Positions 21,778-32,914 are shown, counted from the first letter of the stretch. The stretch is 57,344 bases of DNA from Candidatus Polarisedimenticolia bacterium (GCA_041580375.1 JBFGDZ010000001.1:1-57344); one strand, 5' to 3'. Notes: generated from the sequence alone by a model not told the origin. Program-made: numbers and translations.

Positions 21778-24258
21778 ATGGCGGACGAGAACGGGATCGG
21801 CCCGGTCGCGGAGATCGAGACCGGCGAGGACGAGGCCCCCGCGCGCCCGGGGACCGAGGCTCCCTCGATCCCGGCCACCCTGCCGATCCTGCCGCTGAAG
21901 AACACCGTCATCTTCCCCCACATCCCCTCACCGCTCGTCGTGGGGCGCCCCGGAAGCATGCGCCTGATCGAGGACGCCATGGGGGGGAACCGCCTCGTCG
22001 GACTCGCGACCCAGAAGGACCCCGAGGTGGAGAAGCCGGGCGAGTCGGATCTCTACCGGGTCGGCACGGCCGCGATCATCCAGCGCATGCTCAAGTTCCC
22101 GGACGGCTCCCTGAGGGTCCTCGTGAACGGCATCCGGCGCGTGCGACTGAAGCGCGCGGACCGGACCGATCCCTATCTGACCTGCGAGATCGAGACGCTC
22201 GAGGAGCAGGTGGAGACCTCGGTCGAGATGGAGGCGCTGACGAAGAACCTCCAGAACCAGATCTCGCGCATGCTGTCCCTGATGCCGATCGCGTCCGACG
22301 AGCTCGCCGTGGCGCTCCTCAACATCAGCGAGCCGGGCCGCTTCGCCGACATGGCCGCCGCCCTGCTCGTCCGCGATCTGGCGCAGAAGCAGAGCTACCT
22401 GAACATGCTCTCGGTGAAGGAGCGGCTGCAGCGCCTGACGCGTCACATCAGCCGTGAGATCGAGGTGATGGAGCTCGGCTCGCGGATCCAGCAGCAGGTC
22501 CAGGACGAGATGGAGAAGGGACAGCGCGAGTTCGTCCTGCGCCAGCAGCTGAAGGCGATCCAGAAGGAGCTGGGATCCGGGGACGAGACCGAGGTGGAGA
22601 TCCAGCGGCTCCAGCAGGAGATCGAGAAGGCGAAGATGCCGCCGCCGGCGCGCGAAGCGGCCGACCGCGAGCTGAACCGCCTGCGGACGATCCCGCCCGC
22701 CGCGGCCGAGCACGTCGTCGTGCGTACCTATCTGGACTGGCTGATCGCCCTTCCCTGGGCGAAGGAATCGACCGCCGCGATCGACCTCGCCCGGGCGCGC
22801 GGGATCCTCGACGAGGATCACCACGACCTGGAGCGCGTCAAGGAGCGCATCCTGGAGTTCCTGGCCGTGCGCAAGCTGCGCTCCGGGACGCGCGGGCCGA
22901 TCCTCTGCTTCGTGGGCCCGCCCGGGACGGGCAAGACCTCGGTGGGCCGTTCCATCGCCCGGGCCATGGGCCGCGCGTTCCACCGGCTCTCCCTCGGAGG
23001 CGTCCGCGACGAGGCGGAGATCCGCGGCCACCGGCGCACGTACGTCGGCGCCCTGCCCGGCCGGATCATCGAGGCGCTGCGCAAGTGCGCCACCCGCAAC
23101 CCGGTCATCATGCTGGACGAGATCGACAAGCTGGGGGCCGACTTCCGGGGCGACCCGGCCTCAGCGCTGCTGGAGGTCCTGGATCCCGAGCAGAACCACA
23201 CCTTCGTGGACCACTATCTCGACGTCCCGTTCGATCTCTCGGCCGTCATGTTCATCACGACCGCCAACGTGCTCCATACGATCCCGCCGCCGCTGCGCGA
23301 TCGGATGGAGGTGCTCGAGCTTCCCGGCTACACCGAGGAGGACAAGCATGAGATCGCGCGGCGCTACCTGATCCCGCGCCAGATCACCGAGAGCGGTCTT
23401 CCGGACGGCGAGGTCGAGTTCGAGGACGCGGCCCTGGGCGGGATCATCGCGCGCTACACCCGCGAGGCGGGGCTGAGGAATCTCGAGCGGGAGATCGCCA
23501 AGATCTGCCGCAAGGTCGCCCTCGGGCGCGCGGAGGGAACGACGAAGGGGCGCGTCGTAATCCGGGAGAAGGACCTGGCGTCCTACCTCGGCCCGGAGCG
23601 GCACACCCGCGAGGCTCTCGAGCGGTCGCCCCAGCCCGGGGTGGCGACGGGGCTGGCATGGACCCCCTACGGAGGCGAGATCCTGTTCGTCGAGGCCACG
23701 CGCATGCCGGGCGGCAAGTCGCTCGCCCTGACGGGACAGCTCGGCGACGTGATGCGCGAATCGGCCCAGGCCGCTCTGTCGTACGTCCGCGGCCGTGTGG
23801 CGGAGCTCGGGATCGAGCGGGACTTCTACACCCGCTCCGATCTCCACGTGCACGTCCCCGCGGGCGCCATTCCGAAGGACGGCCCCTCCGCGGGCGTCAC
23901 CATGGCGGTCGCCCTCGCCTCGCTGCTCACGGGGCGTGCGTGCAGGCCGGAGACGGCGATGACCGGGGAGATCACGCTGCGGGGCAAGGTGCTGCCGGTC
24001 GGGGGCATCAAGGAGAAGGTGCTGGCGGCGCGGCGGGCCGGGATCCGGACGATCATCCTCCCGGCGGAGAACGAGAAGGACCTGCACGACGTGCCGGAAG
24101 ACTCCCGCCGTGATCTCACGTTCCGGTTCGTGGACTCGGTGGACGAGGCGCTCGATCTCGCCCTGCTGCCCCGCGATGCGGAGCCGGCCGGACGCGCGGC
24201 GAAACGTCCGGGCCGCCCGTCCCGGCGCGCGACGCGGGGCTCCTCGATCACCCCTTGA
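21778..24258 (+). CDS. lon: ATP-dependent Lon protease (LonA)
   Basis: 826 aa. LON N-domain ([23 protein letters not shown]), AAA+ Walker A ([15 protein letters not shown]), Walker B (IMLDEIDK) and the protease Ser motif ([11 protein letters not shown]). Confidence 0.97.
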   Translation: MADENGIGPVAEIETGEDEAPARPGTEAPSIPATLPILPLKNTVIFPHIPSPLVVGRPGSMRLIEDAMGGNRLVGLATQKDPEVEKPGESDLYRVGTAAIIQRMLKFPDGSLRVLVNGIRRVRLKRADRTDPYLTCEIETLEEQVETSVEMEALTKNLQNQISRMLSLMPIASDELAVALLNISEPGRFADMAAALLVRDLAQKQSYLNMLSVKERLQRLTRHISREIEVMELGSRIQQQVQDEMEKGQREFVLRQQLKAIQKELGSGDETEVEIQRLQQEIEKAKMPPPAREAADRELNRLRTIPPAAAEHVVVRTYLDWLIALPWAKESTAAIDLARARGILDEDHHDLERVKERILEFLAVRKLRSGTRGPILCFVGPPGTGKTSVGRSIARAMGRAFHRLSLGGVRDEAEIRGHRRTYVGALPGRIIEALRKCATRNPVIMLDEIDKLGADFRGDPASALLEVLDPEQNHTFVDHYLDVPFDLSAVMFITTANVLHTIPPPLRDRMEVLELPGYTEEDKHEIARRYLIPRQITESGLPDGEVEFEDAALGGIIARYTREAGLRNLEREIAKICRKVALGRAEGTTKGRVVIREKDLASYLGPERHTREALERSPQPGVATGLAWTPYGGEILFVEATRMPGGKSLALTGQLGDVMRESAQAALSYVRGRVAELGIERDFYTRSDLHVHVPAGAIPKDGPSAGVTMAVALASLLTGRACRPETAMTGEITLRGKVLPVGGIKEKVLAARRAGIRTIILPAENEKDLHDVPEDSRRDLTFRFVDSVDEALDLALLPRDAEPAGRAAKRPGRPSRRATRGSSITP

Positions 24259-25702
24259 TGACGCCGAGCGGCACGAGCCGTGCCACGCGCTTCGAGATGC
24301 CGGCCCGGTGCACGACGTCGACCACCTCCGAGACGTCCTTGTAGGCCTCCGGGATCTCCTCCGCCAGCGTCGCGTACCCCTTCGCCCGGACGATCACGCC
24401 GCGGTCCTCCATCTCGCGGGCGATCGGCCGGCCCCGCACGCTCCGCCTGGCCGCGGCGCGGCTGAGCCGACGCCCCGCCCCGTGGCAGGTCGAGCCGAAC
24501 GTCTCCTCGGTCGCCCGGCGCGTCCCCACGAGGACGTACGAGCAGCGCCCCATGTCCCCCGGGATCAGCACCGGCTGGCCGACCCCCCGGTACGCCTCGG
24601 GCGTGCGCGGATCCCCCGGGGCGAAGGCGCGCGTGGCCCCCTTCCTGTGCACGCAGACCGGCCGCTCGCGTCCGTCGACCAGGTGCGTCTCGACCTTGGC
24701 GATGTTGTGGCAGACGTCGTAGACGACCTCGATCCCGAGATCGCGGGGACTCTTCCGGAACACCTCCTCGAACGTCTGGCGGACCCAGTGCGTGATCAGC
24801 TGGCGGTTCCCGAACGCGAAGTTGGCCGCCGCGTACATCGCCCCCATGTACCGCTTCCCCTCCTCGCTCTTCACCGGGGCGCAGCACAGCTGCGGATCGG
24901 GAAGGTAAATGCCGTACCGCCCCGCCGCCTTCAGCATCTGCTGCAGGAAGTCGTCGCACACCTGGTAGCCGAGCCCGCGGGAGCCGGTGTGAATGGAGAT
25001 CGTGATCTGATCGTGCTCCAGTCCCAGGGCGCGGGCCGCCGGCTCGTCGTGGACCTCGTCCACGCGCTGCACCTCGAGAAAATGGTTGCCCGAGCCCAGC
25101 GTTCCGAGCTGCGATCGGCCGCGCTCGCGGGCGCGGGGCGACACGTGATCCGGGTTGGCGCCCCTGAGGCGCCCCCCCTCCTCGATGTGCAGCAGATCCT
25201 CCGGATCGCCGTAGCCGGACCCGACAGCCCACTCGGCCCCCGAGCCGAGCAGCCGCTCCTGGCTCTTCGCATCGAGCCTCAGGTCCTGGCGATGCGATCC
25301 GACACCGGTCGGCACGTTGCGAAACAGCGCCTCGACGAGGGGCCGCATGAGCGGGCGGGCCTCTTCGGCCGCGATGCGTGAGCGGAGCAGCCGGACGCCG
25401 CAGTTGATGTCGTAGCCGACCCCTCCGGGCGAGATCACGCCCTCGTCGAGATCGAACGCCGCCACGCCGCCGATCGGGAAGCCGTACCCCCAGTGGATGT
25501 CGGGCATCGCCATCGATGCCGACACGATCCCTGGCAGGCAGGCGACGTTTTTGACCTGGGCGAGCGAGGCGTCGTCGCGGATCCCCTCCATGAGGCGCCC
25601 GTCCGCGAAGACGAGCCCCGGGACGTTCATCCGGCCGTGGCGCGGAATCCGGTACCGGCACGGGCCGATCGCCTCGATCGGCACGCGTGTCTCCTGCTTC
25701 AC
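24248..25702 (-). CDS. rtcB: RNA-splicing ligase RtcB (long, archaeal/eukaryal-type)
   Basis: 484 aa with [40 protein letters not shown] and CHGAGR motifs. Converges on lon with an 11-nt overlap. Confidence 0.95.
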   Translation of the reverse strand: MKQETRVPIEAIGPCRYRIPRHGRMNVPGLVFADGRLMEGIRDDASLAQVKNVACLPGIVSASMAMPDIHWGYGFPIGGVAAFDLDEGVISPGGVGYDINCGVRLLRSRIAAEEARPLMRPLVEALFRNVPTGVGSHRQDLRLDAKSQERLLGSGAEWAVGSGYGDPEDLLHIEEGGRLRGANPDHVSPRARERGRSQLGTLGSGNHFLEVQRVDEVHDEPAARALGLEHDQITISIHTGSRGLGYQVCDDFLQQMLKAAGRYGIYLPDPQLCCAPVKSEEGKRYMGAMYAAANFAFGNRQLITHWVRQTFEEVFRKSPRDLGIEVVYDVCHNIAKVETHLVDGRERPVCVHRKGATRAFAPGDPRTPEAYRGVGQPVLIPGDMGRCSYVLVGTRRATEETFGSTCHGAGRRLSRAAARRSVRGRPIAREMEDRGVIVRAKGYATLAEEIPEAYKDVSEVVDVVHRAGISKRVARLVPLGVIKG

Positions 25703-25790
25703 GTCGTGACCCTCCCTGATCGATTCACTCTACCGCCGCGCTTTCGGCGCCGTCAACGGCGATCGGCCGGGGCCCGAGCGGTCCTCGTCC

Positions 25791-26216
25791 TCACACGTCG
25801 AAGACGACGCGCACGCGCCATCGCCCGCCGGCTCGCCGCATGCGGATCTGATGATAGGTCACGGCCTTCACCTCCCGCAGCAGTCTGTGGCGCGAGGGGT
25901 CGAACGGCTCCCCCGCCGCCGCGCCGCGGGCCGTGAGCGTTCGGCGGTCGACGCGGTCGAGGACGAAGCGGGCGAACACGAAGCCGCGGCTCTCGTGCAG
26001 ATAGAGGAGCTCCGACAGCCAGCGGACCAGGAGGTCCTCCGGCCCCGATCCGCGCACCTGAACGGCGAGGCGCCCCGCGGGGCGGACCGTCCGCCGGTCG
26101 CAGATCAGGTCGGCGAGCGCGCAGGAGGCGTTCGCGAACAGGCGCGGCAGCGTGGCGGCGGAGATGCTGGCCGCCACGTCCGCCGTGTGCTCGACGAACC
26201 GGTAGGGGGGCGCCAT
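25791..26216 (-). CDS. Archease (RtcB activator family)
   Basis: 141 aa. The N-terminal YRFVEHTADVAA and C-terminal VKAVTYHQIRM...VVFDV are the archease signatures. Located 88 nt upstream of rtcB on the same strand. Confidence 0.85.
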   Translation of the reverse strand: MAPPYRFVEHTADVAASISAATLPRLFANASCALADLICDRRTVRPAGRLAVQVRGSGPEDLLVRWLSELLYLHESRGFVFARFVLDRVDRRTLTARGAAAGEPFDPSRHRLLREVKAVTYHQIRMRRAGGRWRVRVVFDV

Positions 26217-26219
26217 GGC

Positions 26220-28538
26220 TCAGCTCCGGGTCCGCCTCGTGCGGCGCCGCCTCCCCCCCGCGCGGCCCGCCGCGCGGACGGCCGCAGGCTCCGTGAGGGA
26301 GAAGTCGACCTGGAGGAGGAAGGGGTTCACGCGATCGACCCGCACGCGCACGCGGTCGCCGAGGCGGAAGACGCGGCCGTGCCGCGCTCCCTGGAGGATC
26401 TGCTTCCTCTCGTGGAAGCGGTAGTCGTCGTCGCCGAGCGAATCGAGCGGCACCAGTCCGTCGATGAAGAACTCCCTCAGCTCGACGAAGAAGCCGAACG
26501 GGTGGAGGGAGAGGATGAAACCGTCGAACTCCTCGCCGAGCCGCTCGCCCATGAAGCCGATCTTCTTCCAGGCGATCAGCTCGTTCTCGGCCGCGTCCGC
26601 GGTCCGCTCGGTGCGCGACGACCGCAACGCCGCCTCCGGGAGGAACTCCTCGAGCGCGGCGCGCTCGCGCTCCTTCAGGGGGCCCCCCGCGAGGAAGCGC
26701 TTGAGGATGCGATGCACGACGAGGTCCGGGTACCGCCGGATCGGCGACGTGAAGTGCGTGTAGCAGGAGGAGGCCAGCCCGAAGTGGATGTCCCGCTTCT
26801 CCGCGTAGCGCGCCTGCTTCATCGCGCGCAGCATCAGCCGCGACAGGAACCGCTCCTCGGGCCTCCCTTGCGCAGCGTCCAGCAGCGCCTGGAGCGTCGC
26901 CGGCTCGATTGCCGTGAACGGCCGCGGCAGGCGGTACCCGAATGCCTGCGCCACGCGGTCGAACTCCTCGAGCTTGGTCGGATCGGGCCGCTCGTGGATC
27001 CGGTACATGGCGGGGACGCGGGCCCCGAACAGGTGGCGCGCCACGGTCTCGTTGGCCGCCAGCATGAACTCCTCGATCAGGCGGTGGGCGACGTTGCGCT
27101 CCAGCGCCAGAATCGCGGTCATCTCCCCCGTCGCGGCCAGGACGATCTCCGGCTCCGGCAGGTCGAAATCGATGCTGCCGCGCTCGCGGCGCCGCTCGTT
27201 CAGGAGCCCCGCGAGCTCCTCCATCAGCCGGAAGCCGGGCACGAGAGCCCGGTAGCGCTCGATCGTGCCGGCGTCGCCGTCGACGAGGATGCGCGCGACG
27301 TCCGTGTAGGTCATGCGCGCGGCGCTCCGGATCACCCCCTGCGCGAAACGGTGCCCGACGACCGCCCCGCGGCGATCGATCGTCATCACGCAGGACTGAA
27401 CCAGCCGGTCGACTCCGGGGTTGAGCGAGCAGATCCCGTTGCTGAGGTCCGGAGGGAGCATCGGGATCGCCGTGCCCGGGAAATAGACGCTCGTGCCGCG
27501 CTCGTACGCCTCCCCATCGAGGGCGCCGGACGCGGGCACGTAGTGCGCCACGTCGGCGATGTGCACCTGAAGCTCGAAGGATCCCTTCTCGAGGCGCCGG
27601 ACGAAGACGGCGTCGTCGAAGTCCTTCGCCGTCTCGCCGTCGATCGTCACGATCGGCAGTTCGCGGAAGTCCTCGCGGCCGCGGATCGCCGCGGGGGGCA
27701 CCTCCTTCGGGATCGCCGCCGCCTCGGCCAGGACGTCCTCGGGGAACTCGGTGCGCAGGCCGTACTTGCGCACGATCGTCCGCAGATCGACGCCGGGCTC
27801 GTCCGGGCGTCCCAGGACCTCGACGATCCTGCCCAGCGCGCGCTGTCCGCGGGCCGGAGGACGGGTCACCGCCACCCCCACGACGACTCCGTTCTCGGCG
27901 CCGGCGGTCTCCCCCTCCGCGACCAGGATGCCGCCCTCGAACAGGCGGTCGAACGCCTCCACGTACCCGGGCCCCCGCGGCCCCCCCTGCGAGCGGTACA
28001 CGCCCATCACCCGCCGGGTCGACTTCTCCAGGACGCGCTGGATCTCCCCCATCGCGCGGCCGTCCCGTCCGCGGCGACGGATGCGGACCTCGACCCGATC
28101 GCCGTCCATCTGCTCCCCCAGGTGGCGGTTCGGGATCAGGATGTCCCGCCCTCCGCTCTCGGGGGTCACGAACCCGAACCCCCGCGGGTGGCGCTGCAGG
28201 CGCCCCGTCACGATTTTGCCCGAGGCCGCGCCCCCGTCGCCGGAGCGTTCGATTCGTCCGCTCCGGTCGGTGGATCCCGCCCGCCCGGCGCTTCCGGTCC
28301 GGCGCCCCCGTCTTTCCGATGGCGGCTTCGGACGCCGCAGGACGTACCGGTCCCGACCGACGCGGACGACCTCGCGCTCGCTGAGCAGATCGCGCAGCGT
28401 GCGGTGCAGGGCGCGCCGCTCCCCCCGCCCCAGCCCCATCAGGCGCATCAGGTCCTGCGCCCGGAGGGGGCGCCGCCCCGCCTCCTCCAGGCTCCGGACG
28501 ACGCTGTCGCGCATTCCTCCGTCGACGGTTCCGCTCAC
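26220..28538 (-). CDS. rnr: Ribonuclease R (RNB family 3'-5' exoribonuclease)
   Basis: RNB catalytic motifs (TIDGETAKDFDDAVFV, HIADVAHYV, YFPGTAIPMLP, LMLRAMKQARY, HFGLASSCYTHFTSPIRRYPDLVVHR). S1 domain (GFILSLHPFGFFVEL) and a basic tail. The start is taken at the GTG at 28538, behind GAGGAG. The ATG at 28514 and the ORF maximum at 28664 are alternatives. The stop is 3 nt before the archease ATG. Confidence 0.92.
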   Translation of the reverse strand: MSGTVDGGMRDSVVRSLEEAGRRPLRAQDLMRLMGLGRGERRALHRTLRDLLSEREVVRVGRDRYVLRRPKPPSERRGRRTGSAGRAGSTDRSGRIERSGDGGAASGKIVTGRLQRHPRGFGFVTPESGGRDILIPNRHLGEQMDGDRVEVRIRRRGRDGRAMGEIQRVLEKSTRRVMGVYRSQGGPRGPGYVEAFDRLFEGGILVAEGETAGAENGVVVGVAVTRPPARGQRALGRIVEVLGRPDEPGVDLRTIVRKYGLRTEFPEDVLAEAAAIPKEVPPAAIRGREDFRELPIVTIDGETAKDFDDAVFVRRLEKGSFELQVHIADVAHYVPASGALDGEAYERGTSVYFPGTAIPMLPPDLSNGICSLNPGVDRLVQSCVMTIDRRGAVVGHRFAQGVIRSAARMTYTDVARILVDGDAGTIERYRALVPGFRLMEELAGLLNERRRERGSIDFDLPEPEIVLAATGEMTAILALERNVAHRLIEEFMLAANETVARHLFGARVPAMYRIHERPDPTKLEEFDRVAQAFGYRLPRPFTAIEPATLQALLDAAQGRPEERFLSRLMLRAMKQARYAEKRDIHFGLASSCYTHFTSPIRRYPDLVVHRILKRFLAGGPLKERERAALEEFLPEAALRSSRTERTADAAENELIAWKKIGFMGERLGEEFDGFILSLHPFGFFVELREFFIDGLVPLDSLGDDDYRFHERKQILQGARHGRVFRLGDRVRVRVDRVNPFLLQVDFSLTEPAAVRAAGRAGGRRRRTRRTRS

Positions 28539-28740
28539 GACGAATCTCTCCTCATGGTCGCGGGGCGCTCCCGGCCCCCGCGCGGGGCGAAACCCTAGCA
28601 CACGCTCCGGCGGTGGCGCAAAAGATGCACTGCGGCTGCAGCCGCTTGTCCGGTTGACCCGCACGGCTGGTGTTGAAAACCTACCGTTTCATTGAATGCG
28701 TCGGATGGTATGATCGCGCCACTCATTCCACAGAACCGAT

Positions 28741-31700
28741 ATGGAACCTTACCCATCGGGCTGGCCCACACAAACCCAACGCCCACACGTGAGCGGCCTC
28801 ATCGAACCCCACCAGCATGCTCTTCCGGCCAAGGGACGCCATCCTTCGTACCGGAGCTCTCTCATCCTCATCCCCTTCCTCCTCGCCGTTCTGGTCGAAC
28901 CTGCCAGTGGAGGTTCATCCCTTTTTCCCAACCGGAGGTTCATCGTCGGCGAGAGGCCCCAGTCGGTGGCCCTGGGCGATTTCGATGCGGATGGCATGAC
29001 GGATGTGGCGGTCGCAAACCAAGGCTCCCATGACGTTGTCCTCCTACGCAATACGGGAGATGGAGTCTTCGCCGCGCAGCTTCGTCTCCCCGCCGGTGCC
29101 GCGCCCACGTTTGTTGCCGCCGGCGATTTCAATGCGGACGGATCGCTCGATCTGGCGGTGGCCAACGAAGGATCAGACGACGTCTCCATCCTCATTGCCG
29201 ATCCGAGTGGCGGCTTTCTCCCGGAGAGTCGATACCCCGTTGGACAGAGCCCGTTTGCCGCGGCCGTCGCGGATTTTGACCTGAATGGCCGATCCGATCT
29301 CGTCGTCGTGAACCCCGGCTCAGACGACATCTCGATTCTGCTGTCGCGCGCCGACGGGCGGCTCGCCCCTCAGCTTCGCGAGGCGGCGGGCTCGGATCCG
29401 GGAGCCGTGGTGGTGGGAGATTTCAACGGTGACAGGAGACCCGATCTTGCGGTCGCGAACTTCTCCAGTCACGACATCTCCATCTATCTCGGTCTCGGTG
29501 ATGGATCGTTCACGCCCCTGCCACGCTTCATGAACGGACCGACTCCACGTTCCCTCGTCACCGGCGACTTCAATGACGATGGGATAGTCGATCTGGCCGC
29601 AACGAACTATCTCTCCGATGAGGTGTCAATCCTTCTTGGATCGGGCAACGGCTCATTCTTTCCGCAGTTCCGATTCCGCGTGGGGCGGTTTCCACGCTCG
29701 ATCACCGTTGGTGATTTCGACACCGATGGCCGAGACGATTTGGCTGTCGCAAACCTTCTCTCCAACGACAATTCCGTTCTTTTGGGGCTCGGCAACGGGA
29801 CATTCAAGCCGGAGATCCGCGTGGGCGGCGGATCGGGTCCCGCGTCCATCGCCGTCGCGGATCTCAACGATGATGGGTTCCCGGACTTGATCACCGCGAA
29901 CGAATTCTCAAACGATGTTGGCTTTCTCCCAGGCTTCGGCGACGGGACCTTCCTCGAGCCCCTGAGATACGGCGCCGGGGCCGGACCCGTCGCGATCGCT
30001 GCCGCCGACTTCTTCGGAGACGGACCGATCGACCTGGTGATCGCGAATTCCTTCTCGGATGACATTTCGCTTCTCCCGGGCCTCGGGGACGGGCGCTTTG
30101 GGCCGGACACCCGTCTGAGCGTTGGGGATCGGCCTGTGTCCGTCGCGGTCGCGGACATCAATCGGGACGGACGTCCGGATCTCGGCGTGGCAAACTCCGA
30201 TTCGGACGACATTTCGATCATCAGATCGCTTCCCACCGGGAGCTTTGGGCCCGGGCTCCGGCTCGCTGCCGGCCTCGATCCGTCCTCCGTCACCTTCGGC
30301 GACCTCGATGGGGACGGCGCGCAGGATCTGGTCGTTGCCAATGCGGCTTCCAATGACGTGTCCGTCCATCTCGGTCGGCGCGGCGGAGCGCTCACTCGCG
30401 CCAGGCATTACGACGCAGGCGCGGGCCCGACATCGGTCGCCCTCGCCGATTTCGATGAAGATGGTCACACGGATCTCGTGATCGCCAACGCCTCCTCCAA
30501 CGATCTCACCTTTCTCCGCGGACTCGGTGACGGGACCTTCGTCTTCCACGACACCCTTCCCGTGGGCGAGCGTCCTCTCTCCCTGGCCGTCGGTGATTTC
30601 GACCAGGACGGCCGACCCGATGTCGTTGTCGCGAACTCCTTCTCCGATGATCTCTCCGTCCTCCTGAACGCCGGCGGAGGACGGTTCGAGACGCGGGAAC
30701 GGCTCGATCCAGGGTTTCGCCCCGTCTCCATCGCCCTAGGCGATCTGGATGCGGACGGATCGACCGATCTTGCCGTCGTGGCGCGCGGCTCGGCCGCCGT
30801 GAGCATCCTGCTGGGACGCGGCGACGGATCATTCGGCCCCTTCACGTCCTTCGGCGTGGCCTTCAATCCCTCGTCCCTCGCCATCGCCGACTTCAATGAA
30901 GATGGGGCCCCGGACCTCGCGGTCGCGAATATCTCCTCCGATGACATCTCCGTTTTGATCAACCAAGGGCCTTCGGCCGACAGCGACCTCGACGGGCTTC
31001 GCAATCACGAGGACAATTGTCCGAATGCCCGAAACCCCGAACAGACCGACACGGACCACGATGGTCTCGGCGACGCGTGCGACAACTGTCCGCTCACCTC
31101 CAATCGTTCCCAAAAAGATGACGACCGCGATGCCATCGGTGATGCCTGCGATCCGTGCACCGACCCGGATCGCGACGGATGGGGCAATTCGTTCCTCTCC
31201 CACACCGAGTGCCCTCTGGACAACTGTCCCGATCGCGCCAATCCTCTGCAGGCCGACGCGGACGTCGATCACCTCGGTGATGCATGCGATAACTGTCCTC
31301 ACGTCGCGAACACCGATCAGTCCGACAGCGACGGCGACGCCTTTGGAGACTCGTGCGATAACTGTCCTCTAGTGTTCAATGTATTCCAGGACGATCGTGA
31401 TGGGGATGGCGTCGGTGATCCGTGCGACAACTGCATACGGACCGCGAATCCCACCCAGGACGATGGGGATCGGGACGATGAGGGCGATCTGTGCGACCTC
31501 GACGACGGAATCATCGTCGTCACCTTGTCCGATCGTTCCACGATCCTCTTTCAGAGAGAAGCGGGGTTCCGGTCTTTTAACGTTTACCGCCGATCCGAGG
31601 GTGAGTTTCTCGATTCCGACGGAAACGGTGCGGCAGACGACTATGGTGCGTGCCTCGCGGCGGAGCAGCTGGGCGACACGGTGACCGACTCATCGATCCC

Positions 31701-32571
31701 GCCCGTGGCGAGCTTCTTCGCCTACCTTGTGACCGGACTCAGCCTGTCCGGTGAATCTCCTCTGGGCCACTCGAGCAGCGGCGCTCCCAGACCAAACGTT
31801 CATGCCTGCGCTTCATCGCTCTTGCATCCTCCGTTCATTCAATCGGTCGCCGTAGGGAACATTGAGGAATCGGTCGCCTGTGACTTCACCGATGCCTGGA
31901 ATCATGCGCTGCTCGCCCTAATCGGGATCAATGTGCGCGTGACGCCGGGTCCGCTGATCGTCGGAGGCACGCATTCGGTGGTTCGAATCGAGGCCCTCGT
32001 CACCGACCTCGACTCGACGTCGGAACGGAATGACCTGTTCGAGGTCACGATGAGCTACATTCCGGATGGGTCCATTCATGAGCGATCGGAGCAACTCCTC
32101 GATGACGGCGGTTCGACGGCCTCACCTTATCCGCAGCGCGGTGCGGTCCCCGAAGATTGCGTCGTTGGCCCCGGCGGCGATCTGCTCTGCACCCCGGCGA
32201 TCTATGCGCTCCGATCCGGCGACCTGGTTCAGGGGGACGACATCCACACCTCTTCCATGGCCCTCTATGACCTCACTCTCGCAGGAGACGGTGAAGAATT
32301 TCTGCTTGATTGCATCGCCCAGGCCTCGGGCCTGAGGTCACAATTCGCCAGTGCAGGCTCCACTCTCGTGTTCAGGATCGACGCAGTCGATCGCGGCGGG
32401 AGGACCGCGACCTGGCCGGACGATCCCGCGGTGATCGCCGCTCCGACGGCGTTCTCGTGCTCGGGTGACGAGTGCCTTTGCTGCATCCTCGTTCAGGGCG
32501 TGACCGACGGTCCTTGCGCAGGGACGCCCGGACTGGAAGGCCCGGATTTTCCGCAGGGCCTGTGTCGCTGA
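28741..32571 (+). CDS. Large secreted/surface protein: 14 FG-GAP(VCBS)-like repeats + thrombospondin type-3 Ca-binding repeats + ~350-aa uncharacterised C-terminal region
   Basis: 1276-aa ORF. A hydrophobic signal-like segment ([18 protein letters not shown]) sits at aa 40-56. The repeat consensus is VGxxPxSVAxGDFNxDGxxDLAVANxxSDDVSVLLGxGDGxF. It is followed by DxDxDGxGDxCDNCP units. The start codon is uncertain: no SD before the ATG at 28741, and there are 40 aa before the hydrophobic segment. Confidence 0.85.
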   Translation: MEPYPSGWPTQTQRPHVSGLIEPHQHALPAKGRHPSYRSSLILIPFLLAVLVEPASGGSSLFPNRRFIVGERPQSVALGDFDADGMTDVAVANQGSHDVVLLRNTGDGVFAAQLRLPAGAAPTFVAAGDFNADGSLDLAVANEGSDDVSILIADPSGGFLPESRYPVGQSPFAAAVADFDLNGRSDLVVVNPGSDDISILLSRADGRLAPQLREAAGSDPGAVVVGDFNGDRRPDLAVANFSSHDISIYLGLGDGSFTPLPRFMNGPTPRSLVTGDFNDDGIVDLAATNYLSDEVSILLGSGNGSFFPQFRFRVGRFPRSITVGDFDTDGRDDLAVANLLSNDNSVLLGLGNGTFKPEIRVGGGSGPASIAVADLNDDGFPDLITANEFSNDVGFLPGFGDGTFLEPLRYGAGAGPVAIAAADFFGDGPIDLVIANSFSDDISLLPGLGDGRFGPDTRLSVGDRPVSVAVADINRDGRPDLGVANSDSDDISIIRSLPTGSFGPGLRLAAGLDPSSVTFGDLDGDGAQDLVVANAASNDVSVHLGRRGGALTRARHYDAGAGPTSVALADFDEDGHTDLVIANASSNDLTFLRGLGDGTFVFHDTLPVGERPLSLAVGDFDQDGRPDVVVANSFSDDLSVLLNAGGGRFETRERLDPGFRPVSIALGDLDADGSTDLAVVARGSAAVSILLGRGDGSFGPFTSFGVAFNPSSLAIADFNEDGAPDLAVANISSDDISVLINQGPSADSDLDGLRNHEDNCPNARNPEQTDTDHDGLGDACDNCPLTSNRSQKDDDRDAIGDACDPCTDPDRDGWGNSFLSHTECPLDNCPDRANPLQADADVDHLGDACDNCPHVANTDQSDSDGDAFGDSCDNCPLVFNVFQDDRDGDGVGDPCDNCIRTANPTQDDGDRDDEGDLCDLDDGIIVVTLSDRSTILFQREAGFRSFNVYRRSEGEFLDSDGNGAADDYGACLAAEQLGDTVTDSSIPPVASFFAYLVTGLSLSGESPLGHSSSGAPRPNVHACASSLLHPPFIQSVAVGNIEESVACDFTDAWNHALLALIGINVRVTPGPLIVGGTHSVVRIEALVTDLDSTSERNDLFEVTMSYIPDGSIHERSEQLLDDGGSTASPYPQRGAVPEDCVVGPGGDLLCTPAIYALRSGDLVQGDDIHTSSMALYDLTLAGDGEEFLLDCIAQASGLRSQFASAGSTLVFRIDAVDRGGRTATWPDDPAVIAAPTAFSCSGDECLCCILVQGVTDGPCAGTPGLEGPDFPQGLCR
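28924..30969 (+). repeat. 14 tandem ~49-aa (~147-bp) FG-GAP/VCBS-like coding repeats (enough for two 7-bladed beta-propellers)
   Basis: I counted 14 successive units, each carrying GDF(N/D)xDGxxDL(A/V)VAN...(D/N)(V/I)S(V/I)LL...G(D/N)G(S/T)F, from [24 protein letters not shown]... to ...[33 protein letters not shown]. Confidence 0.85.
30976..31510 (+). repeat. 7-8 thrombospondin type-3-like calcium-binding repeats (coding)
   Basis: [60 protein letters not shown]...[81 protein letters not shown]. Confidence 0.8.
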
Positions 32572-32741
32572 TTCGCGGCTCGTCGTCCCCCTCCGGCGGC
32601 TCTGGCCCAGCAGCGTTCATTGGGGCAGGTCACAAGCCGGCCCATCGAGACAGGGTGTCGGAGCGGCCGGAGAAGCCTTCCCCCTGTGCATCCATGAGAG
32701 GCCGGCGTTCCGCCTCCGGACATGACCGTGCCGCAAACGGC

Positions 32742-32770
32742 TTGAGCGTCCGATCGTCTTCTGGTATCTT
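32742..32770 (+). promoter_or_regulatory. Putative promoter of tRNA-Leu
   Basis: TTGAGC (32742-32747), 17 nt, then TATCTT (32765-32770) with TGG immediately upstream of the -10. It ends 12 nt before the mature tRNA 5' end. Confidence 0.45.
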
Positions 32771-32782
32771 ATCGCCTCGCGT

Positions 32783-32869
32783 GCCGAAGTGGCGGAACTG
32801 GCAGACGCGCTAGATTCAGGTTCTAGTGGGGGCAACCCCGTGCAGGTTCAAGTCCTGTCTTCGGCACCA
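32783..32869 (+). tRNA. tRNA-Leu (anticodon CAG), type II with long variable arm, CCA encoded
   Basis: GCCGAAG acceptor pairs with CTTCGGC. D-arm GCG/CGC. Anticodon stem CTAGA/TCTAG with loop TTCAGGT (CAG). Variable-arm hairpin GGGG-gcaa-CCCC. T-arm GCAGG-TTCAAGT-CCTGT. Discriminator A plus CCA. 87 nt in total. Confidence 0.93.
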
Positions 32870-32914
32870 TCCGCACCGCGCGATTCACATCACGGATACA
32901 ATCCGGCGACCTGA

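Noticed and set aside
25851-28598. 915-aa plus-strand ORF antisense to rnr. Similar giants lie at 6658-9366, 5199-7187, 40060-42936, 10646-12331, 17917-19218, 54003-55862 and others.
   Set aside because: All of them lie opposite or out of frame to genes with unmistakable family signatures. They have R/A/G/P-dominated composition and no recognisable domains. They are a high-GC artefact.
32472-32835. Small ORFs (72-113 aa) in the FG-GAP/tRNA intergenic region, overlapping the tRNA
   Set aside because: They overlap the tRNA-Leu gene or each other, lack an RBS, and are R/P/S-rich. The region is better explained as the 3' UTR plus the tRNA promoter.
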